A stretch of DNA of 63,437 nucleotides, filler included, from Circinaria calcarea (taxonomy: Eukaryota), in NCBI GenBank assembly GCA_051942165.1. It is 30 parts of 30 records of this genome, joined end to end, with 100 filler letters (N's around TTAATTAATTAA, not from the genome) between each part and the next. Parts side by side here need not be neighbours in the genome. Positions count along the whole stretch, not along the records: positions 1 to 2,033 come from JAVECS010003953.1; positions 2,134 to 4,164 come from JAVECS010003954.1; positions 4,265 to 6,294 come from JAVECS010003955.1; positions 6,395 to 8,423 come from JAVECS010003956.1; positions 8,524 to 10,551 come from JAVECS010003957.1; 25 more parts are not named here. One strand, given 5' to 3'. Position numbers and translations under genes: made by a program. How positions within the stretch are numbered: the first letter of the stretch is position 1; each line of letters begins with the position of its first letter. The notes beneath the pieces are model-generated. The model ran no database searches, was not told where the DNA came from, and saw only the letters and a list, made by a program, of their open reading frames with translations. Shown piece after piece: positions 1 through 10,651 of this stretch.

Positions 1-2033
1 GCGAAAGCAGGCGAAGGAGGGATGGGGGGGGGGCGCGTGCTCGAAAGGTTCGAGCTTGGACGGAGGGCAGGGCTCCGTCGGGGGTTGTGTCCAGTTAAAA
101 AGTCCAAGGCGACCCGCACGCCTGTGGCACAATGATCAAGCCGGCATGAGCCAGAAGCCTAGGTAGATTGGGGATGACAGGCTGCGTCTCCAAGACGAAA
201 GATGATAGGATCATCGACCAGCGAACACCGTAATATTGGCTGAATCTGAACCTGAGCCAGCGCCAGAGCCAGAAGGCCAGAGCTCTCCGAGGTAAGCAAC
301 GCAGCGACAGCAAAGTGGACGTGCGCGCGAATGCTTGGGGACATGGTTGTCTTCCGATGAGCTCATGAGAAAGGGAGGAAACCGAGATCGTGCCGGTGCA
401 TCATCGTGGATAGAGGGCGAAACGGGACCCGATGGGTAAAGTAAGTGTCAACGGGCGATGATTTGATAAAAGACGAGACGAACAACCTCCTTCTACTTCC
501 ACACGACGGTATCCCCATTCAGGCTATCCCTTTGGCGTCACATGCACATTTGGGGCATGGGCTAGGGGTGGCGTGGAACCAGGCCCGGTCGGGTTAGGCG
601 GGCTGCATCCGCTGCACAAATCTGCATTGCTCGTACAGTAGCTTAGCCGGGAGAGCTCGTGGACGAGGGTCAGACTCAGCGCAGACTCAGCGCAGCAAGA
701 AGGATGATCAACCCCCATGCCATCTCACCCTCATTTCACCCTGGCTCCTGTGCGACCAAACCCTCTAGCCTTCGGGGTGGATCAATCGTATGGCCTTCCC
801 ATTCTAGGCACGGCTGTCAATTAGGAAATAAGAGTCGGTCTATTGCCACCAACTGTCGCCGTAACCGCTCCTTCTTAAGGTGGATTCTGCTCGTTGAGGT
901 GATAGTTACTTCCCGGGAGTCACCTTTTGGTCGCTCCACAGTGGCTGATTAGTCAAATACCGGAGCTGGCGATCACCGGATGAGATGGAGTGACGCAATC
1001 CGGGCGACTTTGATGGCTCGATTATCGGATCAGCAGTGCTTACGTACTTTTCATGTCAACCATCCACTGGTACACTACAGAGATTTGTTTTTTTTTTAAG
1101 CCATCGGGACAGCCACCATTCCAACCTGTGCTAGACATGGTGGCCGAGGACTACGGGGTTCACCTCGACGAACGCAGTTTCATGCACACGGTTGAAACGG
1201 GTACGTCGATCGGTGGGGAGCGAGTTAGCAATTTTGTGGGCGGAGGCGGTTAGGAACGATGGCTCCGCCGGCTCTGGTGGTGGGTGCCGAGCGCGCGGTG
1301 GACATGGGGAAAGCTCTGCCCGCGCACCCAGAGCGTCAACGGGATATGCGGGGAGCGTGTGCTTCAAATGGTGTATGGACCAAGTTGCAGGCCGTGTCGT
1401 GGAGATAGTGGACCCTGGGAAAAGCCATCTTGACGCCCATCTCCAGGCCCGTATCAGGGATAGTCGATTCTCGCACAAGAAAATATAAATCAATCAGATA
1501 AACCCGATAGCCATCGCCATTGACCAATGAGCCGAGATGGAATCTTATTGTGATTGGGGGATGCTGCCCGGACATTGTCTCCTTTCGTTAAGGCCCGAGG
1601 GTCGTAGATCTCCCACCACGGCAGACCTGATACTAGCTAAGGCATGTCAAGAATAACCCTGCAGGAGGGGGCGAAAGGACGACGGGATTGGAGCAAGAAC
1701 AACACTGGCGATAGGCAAGTCCGACTGTCGGCTCCCTACCGCATGTTCGACTCTGTTACTCCCGGCTAGGAGATCTGTGTTTGACGGCCTCAGACTCGCG
1801 GTTGGAGGCAGCACTGTGAGTTCTTGATACCCTCTTCTTCAAGAGACGCTTGCGATTTGGGGGGGCAGACAACCCTCCCAGAATGTGCCTTGAGCAGCTA
1901 CGTCCTCATCGAAGCGCTGGCGGGATGGCCGAACCGTTGTGCTGGTACTCCATAGAAGTGGGGATCGTAAGCAGGTTAATGCGGCAGCAGGGCTCACAAG
2001 CATGGGTGATGATAATGCAAAAGTCGGTAAGAC

Positions 2034-2133
2034 NNNNNNNNNNNNNNNNNNNNNNNNNNNNNNNNNNNNNNNNNNNNTTAATTAATTAANNNNNNNNNNN
2101 NNNNNNNNNNNNNNNNNNNNNNNNNNNNNNNNN
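2034..2133. other. Artificial contig-joining linker N44-TTAATTAATTAA-N44 (first of 29; others start at 4165, 6295, 8424, 10552, 12680, 14807, 16933, 19055, 21177, 23298, 25418, 27537, 29656, 31774, 33890, 36005, 38120, 40234, 42347, 44459, 46571, 48682, 50793, 52903, 55011, 57119, 59226, 61333)
   Basis: Identical 100-nt block with a six-frame stop cassette. The intervening segments shrink monotonically from 2033 to 2005 bp, genes are cut at the linkers, and mitochondrial and nuclear DNA are juxtaposed. Confidence 0.98.
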
Positions 2134-2394
2134 ATAAAATGCTGTCATTAATAAGATTATTCCACATACTAATAAGATAAATATTTGAAAACTATGTGTT
2201 ATACATGTAGCATTAAATAAACCTCCATATAATCCTATTCCTTTTTGTAAATACGTTATCTGAAAACTTAAGGTTGTAGAGACAATACTATAAAATATTA
2301 TCAGTAAACCTATTCTAGAATATAATATTGATGTATCAGGCCTTACTGTTAAACCATTTGACAACAAGAGTAACATAAGAAAAGTTAAGATCAT
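2134..2394 (-). CDS. nad2: Mitochondrial NADH dehydrogenase subunit 2, N-terminal part (3' truncated by contig end)
   Basis: MILTFLMLLLLSNGLTVRPDTSILYSRIGLLIIFYSI...GIGLYGGLFNATCITHSFQIFI matches the ascomycete Nad2 N-terminus; AT-rich context; same strand as atp9 and trnC. Confidence 0.92.
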
Positions 2395-2703
2395 TTTTAC
2401 TTAATTTAAAAATTTAGCAGGTAAGGAAATAAATTTAAATAAAAATTAGCAATAGATAATTAAAACAGTAAACACTCATTCCTATAGTTAAATAAACAGC
2501 TAACTTAAAAAAGATTCTAGATTAGACTGCAGATTATCCCCCCCATTTATCTGCCCCCACTTAAAAAAATATTAAGTAAAACTTAGAAAGTTCCCTAGTC
2601 TAATCTAAGAAAAAAAAACGATAAAAATTAAATCATTATTATTAAATATAAGCACTAATAGTTTATTTTTTCTGATTTTATCTTTTTACTATTAGTTAAC
2701 TGA

Positions 2704-2775
2704 AGGAATAAGGAGGATTCGAACCTCTGCTTAATGATCTGCAATCAAAAGGTAGAACCATCTACTACTTATTCC
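2704..2775 (-). tRNA. trnC: Mitochondrial tRNA-Cys (GCA)
   Basis: Minus strand has acceptor GGAATAA/TTATTCC, D-arm GTAG-ATGGTT-CTAC, anticodon loop TT-GCA-GA closed by TGA/TCA, T-arm GAGG-TTCGAAT-CCTC and a U discriminator typical of tRNA-Cys. Confidence 0.9.
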
Positions 2776-2820
2776 CTTTTTATTACTAAAATGTTCCCCG
2801 TACCGTGCCGTGCCATGCCG

Positions 2821-3425
<605 letters not shown>

Positions 3426-3528
3426 CTAGGCTAAGAGAGAAAACCCCCTTTTCTAACATATAAATATAACCTGGTTTAGTAAACATAAGACAACTGAATA
3501 ATGCAATATCTAAAGGCAAATAAATACA

Positions 3529-4143
3529 TTATTCAATTTCATCATCTAGTCCAGGCATTTCGCTTTGTTGTATTTCGAGAACATAGTCTATAGTAGACTG
3601 ATTTTTATATTGTTGTTGCGTTGTTGCAGTATGCTCTTTAAGAGCATCCTCTGTCAAAGCCGTTTGGCTTTGGGGCTGTGTTAAATTTTCTGATACAGAA
3701 TCGGACTTTGACTCTACAGCTCTACGTTTTGAGGCAGGAGCTTCTAGATCACTTGATTCTAGGTCACTTGCTTTACGCTTAACTGGTTTTTTAGAGTCAG
3801 AATCTGATTTTATTTCAGATTCCTGTTCAGCCTTTGATTCAGAAAGTGAAGAATTTGATGGCATATCCGTTAATTCCATATCATAGAACGTCTTACGAAA
3901 TTCAGCATAATTGGAAGCAGTTGCTGATATTTTACCATCCTTAACCTCTTTATTATATCGCGTCTCACACTCTTTATCACGCTCTATAGTTATTCTACTA
4001 AGCATAAGATAATCCTCAGAGTTAACTCTAAAAAAATTAGAGCTAGAAAAACTTTTTATAGGTTTTTTCATTATGTGTTTGTAATTATTTCTAGATCCTG
4101 TTAAGCCCATTGGGGCATGATTATATTTGTATATTAGATTCAT
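3529..4143 (-). CDS. Free-standing mitochondrial ORF of unknown function (204 aa, hydrophilic, S/E/K-rich)
   Basis: 615-nt ATG-TAA frame in AT-rich DNA on the same strand as the other mitochondrial genes; no LAGLIDADG, GIY-YIG or rps3 motif visible. Confidence 0.7.
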   Translation of the reverse strand: MNLIYKYNHAPMGLTGSRNNYKHIMKKPIKSFSSSNFFRVNSEDYLMLSRITIERDKECETRYNKEVKDGKISATASNYAEFRKTFYDMELTDMPSNSSLSESKAEQESEIKSDSDSKKPVKRKASDLESSDLEAPASKRRAVESKSDSVSENLTQPQSQTALTEDALKEHTATTQQQYKNQSTIDYVLEIQQSEMPGLDDEIE

Positions 4144-4264
4144 TAATTATATTCGCTTAATATGNNNNNNNNNNNNNNNNNNNNNNNNNNNNNNNNNNNN
4201 NNNNNNNNTTAATTAATTAANNNNNNNNNNNNNNNNNNNNNNNNNNNNNNNNNNNNNNNNNNNN

Positions 4265-6247
4265 GGTACCTTTGGTCTATCTAAAGCAGGTGCAACCCAG
4301 AAAGGTAACGGTACGCATGAAGCATCTGAATCGACAATGTTGGTGAGCAGGAGTTTCCTCTTTGAACGACTCAATACGCCCCCTGAGGTCCTTTTGATGA
4401 GTCTAATATCCTGCCTGAACAACCTAAGTAGTCAAGTACTCGGTGTCCTTGGATTGCAAGGCAGGTTTCGACTCATCAATACAGGTATATGGGGACTCTG
4501 CTTCATGGGTTCGTTCATTTGGGGCTTTGCCAATCTTTCTCTCGAGCCTGGCGTCGATGCTGGCATTCTACGTTTCCCTACAGTGTGTCTCGTTGGATTC
4601 ATACCGCATCTCCTTATTCTTATTGGAATAAGCGCATGTGCATTCATCTATGGAGTTGCTCTAGTTCTTTCAGTTTTGTCCCCTCCTGATGGTGTCCGGC
4701 CAGCACGAACTTGGAGGGAGAGCTTTCAGCAAGCAAAAGAAAACCTCCAAGCTAATATACAGCTTTCACACATACATCTCAACATGCAGGAGGATTTCTA
4801 CACTGCACTGTTAAGAGTAGGATTTGCTGCTTTGACTGCGGCGAGTGAGGCTGTATATCTCAATGAAGGCCGCCGAATCGAAGTTGCACGAGGGACATGG
4901 CTTGAAGAAGAAAGAATGAATGAAATTGAAGCTTCAAGGGCGGCCGTTGGAACAGCCCAAAGACAAGTAGCTCAGTTGTTGGATGATGGAAGCTCCGATT
5001 CCATTGCAAGTGGTGTGGCTCTGCTAGACGAGCATGACTCTAGTTTAGGGAATAGCACAGGTGCATGGCGGAGTGGGTATGCTCGTGAACGCAGTACAAA
5101 GGCCCTAAAGGGAGGAGCTAGGAATAGTTATTTAAGAGTGGGTGCGGATGGTGTGGGGGCACTTCAGCGTGGCGGACGGTATATCTTGGCCTGGCATTAT
5201 CTGAGAGGCATATTCTGGCTGGCCACAGGCTGGGTGGCGCTAGGATTGGTCAAGCTACTTGGTAAAATTGGTGTCACACGGAGACCGGCTTTGTTACGAA
5301 AAGTACTCGGCAGCTCCGAAGTCAAAGAGAAAACAGAGCAATCAAAGCACAAAACCGACGAATCAACTCTAGACTTCTGGTTACTATCGGATGAGGGTGT
5401 TTTGTCATTGCCCCAAAACGATGAGGTCGATGTCGAGGCCGAAACAAAGAAGAGACAACGCATCGTGAGCGATACCTGGGGTGAAGAAGAGGAACAAAGG
5501 CTCGACTCGACACTCTACCATTGGTGGTCCCACGGTGGATGGTGGGGCGAGCGTGACGAAAGCGGAGATTACCAGACGCCAGAACGAGACGACGATACCA
5601 CCAGCGTCGTATCCATGTCTACCGACCACAGTGAAGCCGACTGGGAGTCCGACCAGGACGACAGCGGCCGACGCACGCCGACTCAACAAGAGCCCTACCC
5701 TTCCACCCACGAACCCATCCCCGTTCTCGATCTCCCCCTAGACCCATCTCAACTCGCCCGTCTCCTCAACCCGCAAGACGCCGAGCAACGTCAGGAAGCG
5801 CGTATCCTCTCCCATCACCTCTCCAGCAACCGTATCGTCACCCGATCCCAGTACCGCCAGTTTTACGACCTAGACAAAGCCCACGTCCTCACCTCGACCC
5901 GCTACCGACCCGCTGGCTTCAAGCCCGCCTCGCCAAATGGCAGACTGACCCCTTTTGAAGAGTCGGAATTGCTCGAACATCTCATCCTTAGTCGTCGCGC
6001 CCACCACGCTGGCGCTCATCATGCCGACGGCTCGGCCTCGTCGTGGAGAGATGGCGCCGAGGGCCTGGGGGCGGGAGGGCCGCAGTGCGTGGTTTGCCAG
6101 AGCGCCCCGCGCACCATCCTCGTCTGGCCGTGTCGCTGCCTGAGCATCTGTGAAGATTGCCGCGTCAGCCTGGCCATGAATAATTTCGGCACGTGCGTGT
6201 GCTGCCGGCAGGAGGTCGTGGGCTTTTCGAGATTGTTTGTGCCGTAA
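4265..6247 (+). CDS. Asi1/Asi3-like transmembrane RING E3 ubiquitin ligase (5' partial)
   Basis: Frame open from contig start; hydrophobic helices (RFPTVCLVGFIPHLLIL); C-terminal RING CVVCQSAPRTILVWPCRCLSICEDCR...CVCCR...GFSRLFVP. Confidence 0.88.
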   Translation, partial: GTFGLSKAGATQKGNGTHEASESTMLVSRSFLFERLNTPPEVLLMSLISCLNNLSSQVLGVLGLQGRFRLINTGIWGLCFMGSFIWGFANLSLEPGVDAGILRFPTVCLVGFIPHLLILIGISACAFIYGVALVLSVLSPPDGVRPARTWRESFQQAKENLQANIQLSHIHLNMQEDFYTALLRVGFAALTAASEAVYLNEGRRIEVARGTWLEEERMNEIEASRAAVGTAQRQVAQLLDDGSSDSIASGVALLDEHDSSLGNSTGAWRSGYARERSTKALKGGARNSYLRVGADGVGALQRGGRYILAWHYLRGIFWLATGWVALGLVKLLGKIGVTRRPALLRKVLGSSEVKEKTEQSKHKTDESTLDFWLLSDEGVLSLPQNDEVDVEAETKKRQRIVSDTWGEEEEQRLDSTLYHWWSHGGWWGERDESGDYQTPERDDDTTSVVSMSTDHSEADWESDQDDSGRRTPTQQEPYPSTHEPIPVLDLPLDPSQLARLLNPQDAEQRQEARILSHHLSSNRIVTRSQYRQFYDLDKAHVLTSTRYRPAGFKPASPNGRLTPFEESELLEHLILSRRAHHAGAHHADGSASSWRDGAEGLGAGGPQCVVCQSAPRTILVWPCRCLSICEDCRVSLAMNNFGTCVCCRQEVVGFSRLFVP

Positions 6248-8524
6248 AAGGGGGAAGGGGAAGGTTTTTTCCCAATAGGGGGTCGGGACGCAGTNNNNNN
6301 NNNNNNNNNNNNNNNNNNNNNNNNNNNNNNNNNNNNNNTTAATTAATTAANNNNNNNNNNNNNNNNNNNNNNNNNNNNNNNNNNNNNNNNNNNNGCTTGA
6401 AGCTAAAAGCGATCTTTTCGATCAAGCGGCTCTCAAGTATTCCGTCAGGATTGCCTCATAAGAAGCATTGTTTGTAATAGCTTTACACGACAGTCGACGT
6501 GGTCCGTCAACCGGATGAACGACACAGAGATGGAACCTGGCAGAGCTGGCCGTGGGTGAGGTGAGGGTCAATTGGGTCCATGCTAAACAGTGCAGCTTTG
6601 AGAAGCACGAACCATAGACTTAAGGGATATCCTCTTGTCCTCCAGACCTAGCAATTGTTTCAACTAGCTACAAGGCTTATGTATGAGCCAAGCTGGAGAC
6701 CCATGGTCGGAATAGTAAAACCACCGATAGAACCGAAAAATCGTTGTCATCAAGTCAGGAGCCACTAAGGTACAGAACCAAATACTATGATATTATCGTA
6801 CGCTTTTGTAGACTACACTTTTGTTTTGTTTCTTGAGTACGGTGCTCACTGTGTTAAACCTGTCTTAGCGCCAGTGAGCCAAGGGAACGCTCTATTCGCC
6901 AATGCAGGCTTCCACCAGGTAAAGAGACAGGGGCAAAAGTCGAGGTCAACCCGGATCTTACAGTGTAGGTGGTTGCAGGACCTGCCAACTCGACTAGTTT
7001 ATCTTGTCCCTTTAGTCAAATCCCATCACCAATCACATCACACACAAGTGAATGAGTTTTGGGAAGAGTACAAGATAGCTCTCAACAATCTCTTAACGCA
7101 CTACTTAAATAAGTACGTGATTTGCTGTCGGCTACATTCTGACTGGCCAACAGAACAGCTATAACAAAATCAGCCTCCTTGCAAGTTGGTTTTTGGGATG
7201 TAATAAGTCGTACTGAGGGTACAGCACCAGCGCCTAACTTCACACGCATAGTACATTAGATTAATCATCTTCTGTTGTGTTCTGGAGCTTCGCTGTGCAT
7301 CGCCTTATAACAGAAAAATGCTTAGCTCGCTAAGCACATGCCTTCTGAAATAGTAAGAAAGCATGACCCAATACTAAACCATGGCAGTTAACCATGCACA
7401 GGGAGGAAAGAGCTTTCAGTTTTTACCCTCCCCTATCTTTGGCGTGTTTGTACATCGACGCCCGCGATAGTGGGGTTTGCTCTCGGGCGACTCCATCAAA
7501 ATACCAGGAGAGACACCATGAGGCCGTGATGACGGCGAGGTTTGGGATTGCCCCTTGGAGATGTTGTCCTGTTTCTCCTGGCGTACCAGAGGACGTTGCT
7601 CCGCAGGGTTAACGTTACGTCGTGTAGGCAAAAGTCGTGATACTGACGCCGTCAGCCAGGATATGAGCCGGTCGCTAGATATTTCCCCAGTCCTCTCTGA
7701 GTTCTACACATGATTTGATGTGAGCCTTTGCTAACATGACACACCATGTACCATCTTTTGGTGACTACCTACTTGGGCCTCTTCACGCTTTATCCCTTCA
7801 GACTGTGTCCCTCAACATTGTATTCCTCCACGCTGTATTCCTTCACGCTCTGCCTTGTTTAAACCCCATTGTCTTATTGCATGTTTTCACCACGAAATTA
7901 TAAGACTGATGTAGTTATCCTCAACCTGAGCCTCTTGCAGGATTTTCGCAACAGCATCATCCTTTAAGTTGGCATTCAGGTAGTTACAAGGACCCATAAT
8001 CAAGGAACCAGGTATTGTCGACTGGTTGACGTTCCGACGGCGGAATTCAAAATCGAGCCATCTTTTCAAATCCTCCGGCCTTGCAGACGGTGGATCTAGC
8101 TCTTTTTACATGTTAGCATCCTTATTCGTGAAAGATACAATGTCCCTTGCTGGTGTGCTGCCCGATCCAGTTATTTCTCAACGTTATCTTGAACGAAACG
8201 ACATGATTAAATTAGTAGCTTACCGAAGGGGAGGGAGGAGTGTATGCCAAGACACCAGAAAACGAGAGTCTGAGCTTTAAAGACCCTACGCCATGTTTAA
8301 GACAGAATATCGCGGTGCCATTCTTTCTATACTGCATAGATACTTCTCAATCGATTCTCGAAAACAATCACATTCTCAGCGCCAAGGGGACCCCCCTAGC
8401 TATGATATATGCCATTTCACCACNNNNNNNNNNNNNNNNNNNNNNNNNNNNNNNNNNNNNNNNNNNNTTAATTAATTAANNNNNNNNNNNNNNNNNNNNN
8501 NNNNNNNNNNNNNNNNNNNNNNNC

Positions 8525-8920
8525 CGTGAGAGCGCCGCAAGAATCGAGAAGCGCCAGGAGACGGATAGTATCGAGTTGCTGGATGATATTCGCTACTACC
8601 TGTCCGAGCGGTTCCGGCTCCGGTTCGAGGACACGGGCATCGAGGAGATGATTGATGAGAATGAGCAAGGAGGGACCGATACAAATGGTGTTCACGATCA
8701 CGCAGCCTCAATCGAGAACGAGGCCGCTAATTCCCCATCTGCAACCGCAACCGCAACCGCAGCCCCAGCCCCAATCGCGGACGCCCACCTCCTCACCGGC
8801 GCGGTCCGAACCCTCGACGGCGAAATCGCAGGCGATGAGTTTGCAAGCGACGCGGTGAATTACCAGCTCCTCTTGGGGAAAATCGACGCCTTGCTGGAAA
8901 GGCTACGGCTCGATGCTTAG
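8525..8920 (+). CDS. C-terminus of ankyrin/BTB-POZ protein (ABTB1/Btb3-like cullin-3 adaptor), 5' partial
   Basis: Frame reads RESAARIEKRQETDSIELLDDIRYYL...KIDALLERLRLDA*. RQETDSI-x-L-x-DDIR and the terminal L-x-L-D resemble the ABTB1 C-terminus as I recall it. Confidence 0.72.
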   Translation, partial: RESAARIEKRQETDSIELLDDIRYYLSERFRLRFEDTGIEEMIDENEQGGTDTNGVHDHAASIENEAANSPSATATATAAPAPIADAHLLTGAVRTLDGEIAGDEFASDAVNYQLLLGKIDALLERLRLDA

Positions 8921-9496
8921 GATATCTCTCCATCTTTTGTGTACCAAAAAAAAGGAAAGCGGGGAGTAGGAAGGAAGGCTACATCATGAAACCAAACGGT
9001 AGAAAGGCGTTATGAGGAAATGTGAACCACGACGAATATGAGTTCTTGATGAAACTGATGATGCGTTGCGATGGAGACTTTTTGTAAAGCACAGCACAGC
9101 ACAGCACAGGAGGGCATGTGGAGGGGGACTAATAGCATTTGAAGGCGGGGGACGGAAATTATGCATTGAGCTGGGTATTTGGTACTCGATAGGTAGACGA
9201 TCAACCTGACATAAAGTATGGAGGGAAGGCGGTGGTACTGCACAGTTAGACAGTCCAGTCATCACTGACAAAATGTACAGATGAGAGACTGATGACAGAT
9301 GCTCCTACTCCTGATAGCAAAATGTAGCCAAACGTTTGTTCTTTCTTTCTATTCTACAGCAAAGGTGTAAAAAGCTAATGTAGGGTAGTATCCAGTGATA
9401 GCAATGTATGAGCAAAAATGGTAAGTCACAAATAAATCGCCCAGTTCCCCTCGACATAATCGTAGATGTCGTCTCGTCGCAGGAAAAATCTACAAT

Positions 9497-10551
9497 TCAG
9501 ACACCAGCGCGGATCCCCAGTCGAATAGGGCCATATCCGACATCCTGTTCCACATGGACCAAGCCTTTCGTCGCAAGGGCCAGAATGTGGTGGAATGCCT
9601 GCGCAGCAACAAGTTTCGAATGCTCCCTTGGCGGCAAGAGTCTCTCAAAGACCACAACGTTTTCCCCCGCCTCATCACCTGCCAGCTCACCTTCATCTTC
9701 ACGTGCACCCGCGGGCCTGGTCGCAATCTGGGCCTTCACAAACTCGAGAAAATTGGTACTCTCTTGATCCAAGGTTGCCTTCAGCCACTGCGACTGAGCT
9801 GCCGTCTGAGTATCGACGGCCGCAGCAGGACCATGGAATTGAAACTCATCCAACGCTTGATCGTCCGAGATGATACGACCACCTAGCAGTTCTTCATCGT
9901 CCTCGTGGGAAGGGAGCTCAAGACTTCCGAAACGCTCTGCACCGCGACCGGTTAGAGGACTAGCACTGGTAAGGCGGCTAGCACGGCGGTCAAAGGAACC
10001 TGGTGCGGCGGTAGGCAGAGGCGGTAGAGAGCTTGGACCGCCAGCACTCGTAGGGAAACCAGCCAAGCTACTAGGAAATCCGCGACCACGCGCAACAGAA
10101 CCTGGACGAGAGCCGTGAACGGAAGCGCTGATGTTCCAAGGCATCTGTGATGAGTGGTCCTCCAATAAAGGTGCGGCTTCCCGACCCACCTCGATGTTCT
10201 AGAGAAGATGAGCTTGGACGTGTTTACAGGACTACATTGAACTCACGGTATCCTCGAAAAGGGGCGGTAAATCATTATCGTCGAGCATCAAGTCATCACC
10301 TCGGCCGACCTGCTCGCCTTCATCACTCCTCGGCCGAGTCCGACGCCCCTCACTTTCCAACTCCTGACCTTCCTCGTCGCTACGACCTCTCTTCTTTCCA
10401 GCGACTCTAAACTCAACGGCAGTCAGAGCTTCCATCAGCCTATCTCCTGCGAACATGTCAAGTGGACTCGGCAGCTTTGATGACCCTAAAGCGGCGCCTA
10501 CTCCTCCAATCCCGGAGCCGAAAACCCAAACAGCGGCATTCTTTTTTGCTT
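9497..10551 (-). CDS. REC8: Meiotic cohesin kleisin Rec8 (Rad21/Rec8 family), 5' partial; intron 10246-10199
   Basis: C-terminal winged-helix motif AAQAFHHILALATKGLVHVEQDVGYGPI; IEVGREA and SQMPWNISAS segments; GTGAGT...CTAG intron joins the two ORFs in frame. Confidence 0.85.
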
Positions 10552-10651
10552 NNNNNNNNNNNNNNNNNNNNNNNNNNNNNNNNNNNNNNNNNNNNTTAAT
10601 TAATTAANNNNNNNNNNNNNNNNNNNNNNNNNNNNNNNNNNNNNNNNNNNN

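Noticed and set aside
1..2033. Telomerase RNA candidate (2-kb non-coding contig with TAACCCT near 1654 and CCTAACCC on the minus strand near 591-598)
   Set aside because: Neither is the full TAACCCTAA-type template expected for TTAGGG fungi, and I could not identify a pseudoknot or CR4/5 element.
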